A stretch of DNA of 64,000 nucleotides from Adineta vaga (Eukaryota; Animalia; Rotifera), in the NCBI GenBank assembly GCA_021613535.1, contig CP075492.1:1426001-1490000 (forward strand), written 5' to 3'. Position numbers and translations under genes: made by a program. Each line of letters opens with the position of its first letter. The first letter of the stretch is position 1. The notes below the pieces were generated by a model that was given only the letters and a program-made list of their open reading frames with translations, was not told the DNA's origin and did no database searches. Positions 52,965-64,000 of the stretch are shown here, in pieces.

Positions 52965-54620
52965 GATAAATATTTCTAATTTGAAAAGTATACGATACTT
53001 TCTAAAACCAAAGTAATAGATTTATATGGAGAAAAATAATGAGTTTTTTTTAAACAAAGCGAGAGATAGCGGATGTTGTTTGAAGTCTCATATTCATTAA
53101 AGTGACATTAATATCAGAATAGGATAAAAGTATATAGAGAAAAAACGAAGAATGATGCGTATATATCGATAATTGTTAACTCGCATGAAGTTTTCTGACT
53201 TAATTCACGCATTGTAATTATAATTATAATAGATTGACGTCATAAAATTTTGAAAAGCTAAATCAAGATCTCTAAGAATTTCAGATATATCGCACTTTTT
53301 GTAATTAGTGATACTATTTAAAATATTTTGAAAAAGAAGATTATCAATTAGAATACATGTAGATTTACAAGAAAAAACCAAGCGAATTTATGAGTAATTA
53401 AAGAAAAGGAAAAATGATCTTTTATACTTTTATTATAACTCAAGTCGACGAATATAAAATCATACAGTAGCGTAACCAGGATTTTTAGGCCAATGGACAA
53501 AATGGATTGAATGATCTTGAACAAGTTCAATTAAAGAATTTTGGTTATTCATCATGGAAGATTAGTGGAATTTAATATGCCGAGAAATCTTTCATCAAAT
53601 CCAAACTCATATTTTAGTTCATTATTGTAGAACAAACTGGACCAATGGAATCGAAATATCTTCGAGATTTTGATTTTGAAAAATAAAAAAATTTATTAAT
53701 TAAATAATGATAGAAAGAGAAATGTAAAATCTTATTTTAAAAAATGACAATGCAGAATATTCTTTTTTTCTCTTCAAATAAAAAATCTTATCAAATGTCG
53801 AGATGACTCTCTTTTATTATTTTTTTATCACCGTATCGTATATTTCTTCTTTTAATTTGCATTGCTAGATAATGAACATCAAATCTAGAATTTCACTCAC
53901 ACCTGCGCTACTTTTCTTTCCAAAATCTCATAAGAAAATCGTACGTTAAGAGTGCGATTCTTTAATTACATTGCATCAAGAGACTAAAAAACATATTACA
54001 AAATATTAGTGACTTTTGAAATATACTTCTATATCGATATTTATTTAGCAAAATTCAATAGTATTTGTCTCGTTATTACTGTACAATAACTTGTACGAAA
54101 ACTCTTTTTAGAATTGATGATCTTCGCAGAATACCAATTACACATAATATACACACGTATTCTGTGTAAATAAATTGTCATTCTATCTCTATGAATACAG
54201 ATCTTTTCAGTTTTTACAAGTACACATAAAGTAGCTAGTCATTCGTCAGTATTATTCATCTTTGTCCGCTCCTAAACGTGTTCATTCTCCTCTTTTATTC
54301 GAGCGAACATACGAGAAAAGTACAGTTGATATTTACCATGTAAAATAAATCGGATAAAGAATAAAGAAGGAAAAAATATATATAACGTCAGAGCAAAAGG
54401 ATAAGAGAAAAAACCAATGTCTATTACAAACCTGACTCGACTGTCTCAATATTTATCCGACGTAAACTATGAAAAGACAAAATATAAGAACAGTCATATT
54501 TTTGTAATTTAATGTAGGAAAAAACCAAATAATATTGGTTTTTTTTCAATGGATCGACTACCTATAAAAGCAGTAAGATAGAAATGCTAGAGAATGTAAA
54601 AAATTGTGAAACCTTTTACT

Positions 54621-55772
54621 ATGGCAAATAATCAAGTAATCAATGATACAAATACTCTTATTTCGATTCAAGTCAATGGGAAAAAAGCTGTTCGCACCCG
54701 ATGTCCTTTATCAAAAACAGTAGCGGAACTTCGTGAAATTTTATCTTCTGAAAAAGTTTCATTACCAATAAACGTTCAATTTCTCGATGCACAAGGATAT
54801 CCTGTAACTCGTTCTGATGAAAAATTACGTCAAATTAACGAATTAATCATATTAAACAATGATGATAACATAATTCATATGTGAGTTATTGAATCTTCAA
54901 CAAATACAGATGGTCAACGTTCGAATAAACACATTATTAAGAAATTAGTTATTATTCTAACAATATTAGGATCTATATATTATCTTAGTAATGAAAACAA
55001 TCGTCAATCACTTGTTAATAATCAGTTATGTCTTTTGTTTAAGAAACTTGATAATTTTCAATTGATAAATCAGCTCAAATGTTCTGTTAATGAAAATAGA
55101 AATCAATTCGATACATATGTTAATACAAAAGATTATTTAAAAAATCAAATCAAGGAAAACAACGATGGGATGGAAGTTTTAATTAATGCAAACGAAAGAT
55201 TACAAAGAGTCGAATCAAAAGTTTAAAATGAACATTATGTGGATATAATTAATAATTGGATTCAAAATCGAGATGCTTATAAAAAAGATTACGATTGGTA
55301 CAATATTATGGGATCAACGGACGGTAGTTGTGACGGAAATTTTAATGAAAGAGTCATATTTTCAATGAAACGTATTCTAAATACGCCGAGTTCAATTGAA
55401 AGTTTTACTAAGACAACTTTCGAAAATTGGCCTCAAGCTTTGAAATCTCGAATTGATATAGAAAATCAATTGGATGGCATCGAAAATGAAGATGGAGGTG
55501 TAACAGAGTCTATAAACAATGGTAAAATCTCCGACAATATGTATCTTATTGCTTGGAAACGTGAGGCAGATGATATAATTGGAATTCAAACATATGTTAC
55601 AATTTTTGAAAGAACTGCAGGAAATAATTGTAAATTCAATGACAAGTTTTGGACTGAGAATAGAGAAAAAGTACTCAATGCAAAAAAATATTTTCTTTTA
55701 CAGAAAATCGAATCAAATCCAGTTTATAAACAATTCTTATTAAGACAATCGACATACCAAAAGATTGAGTAA
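54621..55772 (+). pseudogene. Interrupted gene: possible ubiquitin-like N-terminus, coiled coil, unknown C-terminal domain
   Basis: ORFs 54606-54884, 55035-55226 and 55239-55772 are all in one frame, separated by TGA (54882) and TAA (55224). Confidence 0.6.
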
Positions 55773-56683
55773 CTCGTTTAACAACTTTTTTTTTATATCA
55801 TTATAATAATTCATTCTTCTGTTCACTATTTTCTTCAAATAAATCTACAACTGTTAACGTCATTGGATATTACTTCATGACGCTACCTTCTACATAGTTG
55901 TTTTCTTTCTTTTCTATACATATATATGTATATCGTCTTTCTCTTTCTTTCCTGTCGTCTTTTAGTTTTCGTTGATTATCATGTCCGTTCTCATGATGAT
56001 TTCTGTGATTGTATTTCTTCTTTGTTTTCTTCTCTTTTCTATATTTTTTTTCTCTGATCATCTCCGATCTGTATTTATATTATTGTTTTTCTTTTCTCCA
56101 CTCAGTCTTTTTGTTATCGTTTATCTTTAGTGTTTTATTTGATTTCATCCAATAAAACACCATTATCATCTTTCCTCATCTCATCCACATCCATTTTCTT
56201 CATCTCCTCATCCATTCCAGTTATATCCGGTAGGATTTTTGACGTGATTCTTGATTTCACATCAGATCATACGTTCATATAGTTGTTCAGCTTACGATAT
56301 ATTCGTTAGCTGGAGATTTATCTTCATCCCCTGATATTAGAGACTCACAACAACAAAATCGAAAAACTGACTTGTCAATAAAAATAAAGATCTAGGTAAA
56401 ATTTTCCCCCAATCATTTTCTCATGAATAAAAGTATCACCATTCGATACACAATTAAATTCTCAATCGAATGGGCTCATTTTTAGCTAAATCTTAGTTTT
56501 TCGTGCTAGCTTCACATCGATAAATTTTGGACCAATTGAATTGAAATATCTTTGAGATTTTGTTTGTCTACAATAAAAATTTATCTGTTAAACATGACAA
56601 AACAGAATTTTTCTTATCTTTTATTTAAATAGAACTTTTCTTTTCATTATCAATATTTTCAACATAATAAAACGAAAAACAAA

Positions 56684-57703
56684 ATGACATCACATATGAG
56701 TTCAAATTATAATTCAACATCATCAGTTCAATTATCTGTTGTTTTAACATCGAAACTTTATATTGATGAAGCAATTGAAAATGTTTCATTAAATAATTCT
56801 TTAATATTAATTGTTGATTATGGATCAGCACATGGTTTAAATTCATCTCAAGCAATGAATATGATTATAAATTCATTAAAAGAAAAACATAAAATCAATG
56901 AAAATCATTCGATACTTATTATTCATAATGATTTACCAAATAATGATTGGTTATCATTATTTAATATTCTTAATTCAAATACAAATTCATATTTTGGTTT
57001 AGCTAATGGAAAATCATTTTTCGAGCAATGTTTTCCATCAAATAGTATTTCAATTGGTTATTCATCTTCATCATTACATTGGCTTTCAAAACAACCATGT
57101 TATTTTAAAAATCATTGTTGTTCAGCTTATTTATCAGAAAATGATCCTGATTATTTACAATTTGTTCAACAATCTTATGAAGATTATTCACAATTTTTAA
57201 AATATCGTTCAAACGAATTGATTCAAGGTGGAATTCTTATTTTATCAATTCCATCATGGAATAAACAATTAGATTTAGTTGATAATTCTTCATTTATGCA
57301 TCTGAATCTTCTCTATCAATGTGCACAACATTATTTAACATCAGAAGAGTTATTACATTTTACAATTCCAATTCATGTTCGATTTTATCATCAATGTGTT
57401 GATTATGAACTTTTTCAAAAATATTCTTTTCAATTAATTAAATCAGAACATATTATTATTCAATCGAATTTACTTGAACAATTAAATCAAAGTCAAATTA
57501 CTCTCGAACAATTTGCTCATCAAAGAACTTTAATAATGAAAACATGGACAAATGTTTCTTTAGAAAATGCTTTACAAAATAATCAAAATCGAGAGAGAAT
57601 TATTGATCATATTTGGATAATGTATGAAGATAAAGTTAAAGAACAACCACAATTACATAATAATCCAATGCAATCAACTTATCTTATTTTAAAAAAAATT
57701 TAA
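56684..57703 (+). CDS. SABATH-family SAM-dependent carboxyl methyltransferase
   Basis: YNSTSSVQ, IVDYGSAHGLNS (SAM motif), HNDLPNNDW, GKSFFEQCFPSNSI..SSSSLHWLSKQP, FLKYRSNELIQGG. Confidence 0.9.
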   Translation: MTSHMSSNYNSTSSVQLSVVLTSKLYIDEAIENVSLNNSLILIVDYGSAHGLNSSQAMNMIINSLKEKHKINENHSILIIHNDLPNNDWLSLFNILNSNTNSYFGLANGKSFFEQCFPSNSISIGYSSSSLHWLSKQPCYFKNHCCSAYLSENDPDYLQFVQQSYEDYSQFLKYRSNELIQGGILILSIPSWNKQLDLVDNSSFMHLNLLYQCAQHYLTSEELLHFTIPIHVRFYHQCVDYELFQKYSFQLIKSEHIIIQSNLLEQLNQSQITLEQFAHQRTLIMKTWTNVSLENALQNNQNRERIIDHIWIMYEDKVKEQPQLHNNPMQSTYLILKKI

Positions 57704-57712
57704 CAAAAAATT

Positions 57713-58621
57713 TTATTTTCGAGAACAACTATCCGAATTTGATGTTTGACAATGAATTTGATTTAAGAATTTTTTCAGAACAGAATTGAACATTTGTGAA
57801 TCTTGTAAAAATGCAAAATGACTTGTTCGAGGTAAAATTAATTGATTAGATTGAGGAAGCCATTTGAAAATTGTATCGATTTGTTCTCGAGGAATAACTT
57901 CATCATGATCACCACTCACAATCCAAATAGGTAAATCGTTTGAAATTCTATCAAAATCGATTTTTGTCCAATTAGGATTTTCATGCCACATTGTTAATAA
58001 ATTTCCAAATAAAATTTGATATTCTTCACCTGAATGAAATCTTTTATATTCAAATTCTGTTCGTTGAAGATAAGTCATAAAAAGTGGAGGAATTGGTGCA
58101 TTACTGTCGCCTGGTTTATAATTTGGAGCAAATGAAAATAATGAATATAGTCGTTCAGGATAATTCATCGCTAAATTGAGACCAATATTCGCTCCATCAC
58201 TCCATCCAATCAAATGAACTTTATCAAAATGAAGATAATCTAATAAAGCAATTACATCTGATGTCATCAAACCATATGAAATACTTTCTGTTGATGATGA
58301 TAATGCAGAACTTCTTCCTTGTCCACGTGAATCCATAACAATACATTGATATTCAGATTTTAATTCTTCAATTTGTAATCCCCAATAATCACTATTTGCT
58401 AATCCACCATGAAGAAAAAGTACAGGAGAATATGTTGATTTACCATAAATATTGTACCAAATACGATGATTAGTTAATTGAAGAAAAGAACCTTCGTTAG
58501 GATGTGGAAGAGATGGAGTAGAAAGAAGATCTAACCATGGATATATTTCATTATTTGCATAAATTAATTCAAGAAAAAAAAGAAATAGGAAAACAAAAAT
58601 AAAATCTCTATTAGATTTCAT
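57713..58621 (-). CDS. Secreted alpha/beta hydrolase (esterase-like)
   Basis: Signal peptide, LFLHGG oxyanion motif, DSRGQGRS, GWSDG nucleophile elbow, GDHDE acid, SHF histidine. Confidence 0.9.
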   Translation of the reverse strand: MKSNRDFIFVFLFLFFLELIYANNEIYPWLDLLSTPSLPHPNEGSFLQLTNHRIWYNIYGKSTYSPVLFLHGGLANSDYWGLQIEELKSEYQCIVMDSRGQGRSSALSSSTESISYGLMTSDVIALLDYLHFDKVHLIGWSDGANIGLNLAMNYPERLYSLFSFAPNYKPGDSNAPIPPLFMTYLQRTEFEYKRFHSGEEYQILFGNLLTMWHENPNWTKIDFDRISNDLPIWIVSGDHDEVIPREQIDTIFKWLPQSNQLILPRTSHFAFLQDSQMFNSVLKKFLNQIHCQTSNSDSCSRK

Positions 58622-59450
58622 TTATAGAAAATATAATATGAAAAGAAAGAGAAGAGAATTTTAAAAAAGAAAAACATTTCAAATGATAACAAATTAAATG
58701 CATAATCATCATTACAAATATTTTACAGAACAGAAAAAAATATGAGAATGAAAATTTCATTTTCTAGGTCGTAAACTTTATTTGATAATAAATTTCTTTT
58801 CTATGATTGAAAAGCTAAATTTTGATCGCACAAGAGATGAGAAATGATAACTATGTTTAAACCCTACGCCTAGAATTACTTTTAAGATTGATTTTTATTC
58901 ATCCGATTAGACTTTGAAAATAAGTCGAAATCGTTTGTCATCCAAACTTGACTCTATTGGAGCTATGCTTTCCGTTTGATATTAACATAAGTATATTTAC
59001 AACTAAAATTATATGACTAGCTGAACTTTTTCTTCGTTGATTTTCGTAATCACTTGTACATCAACGATCAACAACTGATGAGAGGAAACCTCACTTTGAA
59101 TATTTTGTCGATGAAAATGACGTATAGAAGTGTGCTGTTAAAAAATGACTGGATGGTAATCTATCAGATCTCGTTAGTTAAGATGTGATTAAAATTCTAG
59201 TCCAGTACTTTTTGATTTATTAATGTGTGAAACTAAATCAAATTACGGGACAAAACAAAAAAGTACTTCTAATCTTTAATAAAATCTTAGTTTGATCAGA
59301 AAAAAAGAAAATTCCGTTTGTTTAATAAAAGTAAGAAGAATTCCTAGTGAAAAATCTTTTCAAGATAATATTTACGAGCTAAAGAAGTAAATAATTTTCG
59401 TTTTCTAAAACAACAATTTCAAACAGTTTCAATCTACTTATAGATTCGAA

Positions 59451-59524
59451 TATCTTGAGGGTGAGTTTGGGTGTGTGGATTTACAGTAAGAACCAATATC
59501 GATCACACCCTCACCCTCAAGATA
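59451..59524. mobile_element. 74-bp MITE-like element with perfect 15-bp terminal inverted repeats
   Basis: TATCTTGAGGGTGAG (59451-59465) and CTCACCCTCAAGATA (59510-59524). Confidence 0.7.
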
Positions 59525-59754
59525 GTATAAGTTGTTCTATCTTAGATATGCATGGCAGTATATGTTGTGGTGATAGATGAAAAATTTATCTATCATTATC
59601 CTCTCTGAATCCTCTATCGTTTTTTGACATATGGAATGTTCTAGATCAACATCGGGTACCTCTACTAGTATTATATATTTCTATTGATGTATTTATTTTT
59701 GAATAAAAGCAAAAAAATCATATTGAGGCAATTAGGTTTTATTTCTAGAGCAAG

Positions 59755-61337
59755 TTATCGTTTATGTTGTAAGAAAACATTAATGAAAGCTTTCTCTGCG
59801 TTTCGTATTACTATATCGAGTTTATTATCATTATTGAGATCAACGAGTAATATTGACGATGAAACATCAGAAAGTTCACATATAATTTGATTTGTAAATT
59901 GACCAAAGCCATTATTAAGAAGAATAACGATATTGATTGATTTATCATTTGTAACAATTATATCGATTTTTTTATCATTGTTGACATCAGCTAGTACTAT
60001 CAGATTTGGATATTCACCTACTGAATATTGATATTTTTTAATAAATCCTTCATTACCCATATTAATAAAAACAGCAATGTAATTCTCATCACCATATGCA
60101 ATAATTATATCTTGTAATTTATCACGATTAAAATCAGCTATTATCATTGCTGTTGTATTTCCATTGAATTCATAACTTTTTCGAGTATTAAATAAACCCT
60201 GATCATCACCGAATATTATACTGATTGTCGATAAAAATTGATAAAAAAAAATGATATCAGATTTATTATCGTTGTTAATATCAGATACAAGTAAGTTTTC
60301 GAGACCACTTAGTAAATTGTAAATATCCTGTTTCCGAAATGTTCTATTGGCCATATTGTATAAAATCGAGATATTTTTTGAACCGATAGAACCAACGATA
60401 ATATCGGGTTTTCTATCATTATTCATATCTTTTATTGCTAAAACAGTTGTGAATGGTTCAACGTGATATTCAACTTGAGCCATAAATGTGCCATTACCAT
60501 TATTATATAAAATACCTACTGTGCCTAAACCAGTATTAAGAACAATAATATCAGATTTATTGTCATCATTCATATCATGTATTTCTACTGCCAGAGAAAA
60601 AAAACCAGTCTTATAAATAATCGGCGGCATGAATGTACCATCACCATTGTTAAATAAAAGTTTAATCTGACTTGGATAAAGTACAATACCAACAATATCT
60701 GGTCTATTGTCATTATTTACATCTTTAACAGCTATACTTGTGAGTTGATCAGTTTCATACGTATCGGACTTTAAAAACAAACGACCACAATCTATTATAA
60801 ATAGAAAGAAAGAAAAAAAAAAAGAAATGATATTTATTTAATATCAATTCTACCTTCTGTTGCTATAATTAGATTTTCTTTTGTTGTTAATTCTGTTAAC
60901 ATATATTCAGTTTTAAGATTATCTGTTGTTAATTCTGTTATCATATGTTCACTTCTAAGATTATCTGTTGTTGATTCTGTTAACATAAGTTCAGTAGTTG
61001 ATTCTTCAGTCGTTTCCATTACTGATGTTGATGTATAATCTATATCAATTTTTTTCTTTTGAAGAAAAATAACAAGAATAATTATGATAAAAATAATAAG
61101 AATAATGCATAATAATATGAAAAAGAATTTTTTTCTTCTTTGAAAATATTCACATCTATTTAAAAAAAAAGAAAAGATTCTTTTTATAATTTCTAAATAA
61201 AATATACAATATTCTTGTTCGTGTTGTATTTGTATCAATTGATTGAGACTAAAAATAAAATGAAATAAATATTTCTTTTTATAATTATTTATAAGAATGA
61301 AAATTACATTAGAAACGTTAATTCTGTTACTGTTCAT
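59755..61337 (-). CDS. Type II membrane protein with Thr/Glu stalk and 7 FG-GAP repeats; exons 61337-61308, 61248-61208, 61155-60854, 60791-59755
   Basis: MNSNRINVSN|SQSIDTNTTRTRIL|CEYFQRRKK-TM-stalk|DCGRLFLK, then seven DxNxDxxxD motifs. All junctions are GT-AG and in frame. Confidence 0.88.
60870..61010 (-). repeat. 45-bp (15-aa) coding tandem repeat, about 3 copies, in the stalk
   Basis: TELMLTESTTDNLRS/EHMITELTTDNLKT/EYMLTELTTKENL. Confidence 0.7.
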
Positions 61338-61549
61338 CTTTAATATTATTAAAATATAATTTGAGAATATTTTTATATAATTATTATAGAGAGAAAATAT
61401 TAACAGATGGATATAGAAGAAACAAAAATATTGTATTGTTATACGATATTTATTCATAGATTAAATTTTATATTTTCTTTTCTTTTATTCAAAATCCATG
61501 AGCTGTGTAATTCGAATTCGAAAATAAATCATAAAATTTGAGTTAGAGT

Positions 61550-62480
61550 ATTTCTATGAAATATTATCTATATACGATTATACTTCACATAAAATGTTTT
61601 TCTGTAAAAATAGAAATAGTTTTATTTTGTTTGATAATTCTAAGTACATTGATTATAATATTTTCTAATTATAGTTTTCATTCTTCAATCATTAATTAAT
61701 TCTTTAATAGATGAATCAAGATATTTAATATTAAATGATGAAAAAAATGTTGAAATTAAATTATAAAAACATTGAAGATTTCCTTGAAATAAATAACAAA
61801 GTTTGATATAAATCTGGTACAAAATTTATTGAAATATTTTCATAATAAATATGATAAAATGAATATTTTATATGATATTTTAATAATAAATCATATCGAC
61901 AATTATTATAATAAGAGAAATTTGAATATATTTTATTTTAAAAAGATATAATTCATAATTTGTTTTTAATGTTGAATATAAACTATTTGTATGTGTTGTG
62001 TATATTCAATCAATTATTATTGTTGATCGAAAATCTTTAATAAAAATTGTGAATAACTATTAGATATTGTTTTATCTATTAAATTACATATTATATGTAA
62101 AACATTAAAAATATATTTTGATGACATACAAAAATCTCGTATATCAATAAATATTAATGATAGCTAATTCATTCAATATCATCTTTAATTAAATCTGATG
62201 AACATATTTCATTTAATGTATAATTGATTTCAAAAATATCTTTATAATTAATTAAAATATTCATATTCATTATATGGTGAATCTGTTTTAATTTCAGTTT
62301 TTATAATAATAATAAAAAATGAATAATAGAAAACGAGAATAATAAATGATAAAATAAAAAGAAAAAAAGAAATTATGATTAAAAAAGTGATGATTATAAA
62401 ATATGTGAGTAGTTATTGTTGTTCACTTTTTTCGAGAATCTAAGTAAAAGGATCATCCCATTTATGTATCTATTTGACTA
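61550..62480 (-). pseudogene. Highly decayed membrane-protein gene remnant
   Basis: Broken frames give a hydrophobic segment, then DSPYNEYEY and INYTLNEICSSDLIKDD, with many stops. Confidence 0.35.
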
Positions 62481-63292
62481 ATTTCTGATCGTAATGTGAC
62501 ATAAAAAACGCAGTCATCATATCAATAACAATAGTAATGCCACTACGCGTTCAAAATTTACCATTGAGAACATCAGTAGCAGTAAGAACGACAGAAGCAA
62601 TATAAACACCCATCACAATATCTTCTTTTTGAATAAATCGAACTATTTTTTAGTGTAAATCGAGTATTCGAAGAAAGACCAAATAGAAAAAGTAGATTCA
62701 AAGGTAGACATATTGATAATCCTAAAGCTCCTGCAGCAGGCATAACTGATTCAAGAGAATAAGAGATATATTGAAAATTCATGGACATTTCTTTTAGTAA
62801 AAGTGATGATAGAAGAGTTGTTGCATGAACATATTCAAGAGTTAACATTGTGAATAAATCAATGAGACTTATCTCATCTAAGAGTTGATAGGATTTCAAT
62901 GATAGAATACCAACTTGAAAAGATATTAACGATATTATATTTGATGTTGATTATAAAATAAAATGAAAGAAAAATACAAGATTCAGCATATTTAATAAAC
63001 GTATTTGTGTATAAATCTATTCTTTTGAAAGGTTATAACATGGCAAGACAAAATATATTCCAGGAAAATAAAACGAAAGAAAATGCTCTTCTTCTATAGA
63101 AAACTAAGAATATGTTATTTCAATTTCAACGTAAAAATCAGCAAAAATTGTGAATATGATATCGTCAAACTAATATTAACAATTACTACTTTGATTATAT
63201 ATTTCGAATAGTTTTCTGAATGAAAGTGACTATGTGAGTTTCATTGTTTTATATGAATTGCTTATAACAAAACATTTTCGTTGTATTCATCA

Positions 63293-63996
63293 TTAATAAA
63301 ACTCTGTAATACCGCCGATAATTTTATTAATTCCTTCAACAATTAAGACTTTGCCATTTCGTAAAAGAGATATTGTGTGTTGACAATGAACTCCTTTCGT
63401 ATAGAACTAGCACGTGACCAAGTATTCGTTAATGGATCATACAATTCATATTCGGAGAGAAAAGAATAACTCATTGTTCCATCAGTAATAAAAACTTTTC
63501 CATTAGTTAACACAGTTGCTGTATGAGCATACCGAAATATATTTAATTTACCTGTTTGTGTCCATTCTAAATATATAATCTATGAATACATTGTTCACTA
63601 ATGAGTAATGTTTATCTGAAAACTCACTTAGCATTTCTCGTAGAAATCGTGTTTCTTGACTACTACTAAGCTATTCATTTACAAAATGTATACTTCAAAC
63701 AATCGATACAGTTAGATCAAAAAGACGAGTAAATATTACGTATTCCTGCAGTTGTTGTTGTTGTTGTTGAAATTATTAATGTAACTGAGTTTTGCTTTGC
63801 TTTAACTAATGCTAAAATAACACCAACTATAACTATTACTATTGTTAAAAAGAAAATGAATAAAAGTCTCTTCCATTTTCTTTGTCAGCATTCATATCTA
63901 AATATGCGAGAGAAATAGAGAATTAATAAGTTGTTTTCTTTTTAATCAATTGAAGTTTTACAATGTTTGTAATAAAATTACTTGATCAATTTGAGA
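63293..63996 (-). pseudogene. Decayed type II membrane Kelch gene (first exon beyond window end); exons 63996-63962, 63897-63740, 63566-63293
   Basis: SQIDQVILLQTL|YEC*QRKWKR-TM-STTTTT|QWTQTGKLNIFRYAHTATVLTNGKVFIT..ELYDPLTNTW, then a frameshift and HTISLLRNGKVLIV..TEFY*. Only 2 Kelch repeats remain. Confidence 0.8.
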
Positions 63997-64000
63997 CTAC

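Noticed and set aside
55870-56340. Lys/Arg/Glu-rich minus-strand ORF
   Set aside because: Purine-rich low complexity with stops upstream; no domain support.
60834-61457. 207-aa ORF as a separate gene
   Set aside because: It reads through introns; only parts are exons of the 59755-61337 gene.
62573-62899. 108-aa ORF with Cys-rich end
   Set aside because: Non-ATG start, no signal peptide, no supportable exon model or motif.

Overview
Very AT-rich eukaryotic DNA with short GT-AG introns, mostly 50-70 nt. The gene families (expanded FG-GAP, NHL, Kelch, ART and orphan rhodopsin-like GPCRs, F-box/LRR, many foreign-looking genes) suggest a bdelloid rotifer; this is inference, not a search result. 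Conserved genes: an 8-exon alpha-tubulin, an Mpv17/PMP22 gene and tRNA-Thr(AGT). The rest looks like a fast-turnover accessory/defence region with several pseudogenes. Main observations: (1) four genes share a 3-exon type II membrane-anchor cassette (intron phases 0/2/1) spliced onto different single-exon beta-propellers (FG-GAP or Kelch); (2) a spliced, secreted cationic cystine-knot peptide gene missed by the ORF track; (3) a small secreted protein with an AB5-toxin B-subunit-like OB-fold pattern just upstream of an ADP-ribosyltransferase; (4) a coiled-coil protein with an RRKR site and hydrophobic hairpin, possibly a pore-forming toxin; (5) a tail-to-tail SABATH carboxyl methyltransferase and alpha/beta hydrolase pair 9 bp apart; (6) a dispersed short inverted-repeat family built from TGAGGG/TGTGGG telomere-like hexamers; (7) several likely horizontally acquired genes (Ole1-type desaturase-b5 fusion, ricin-B lectin, bacterial-type CAP). 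Gene models were built by hand and no searches were run.
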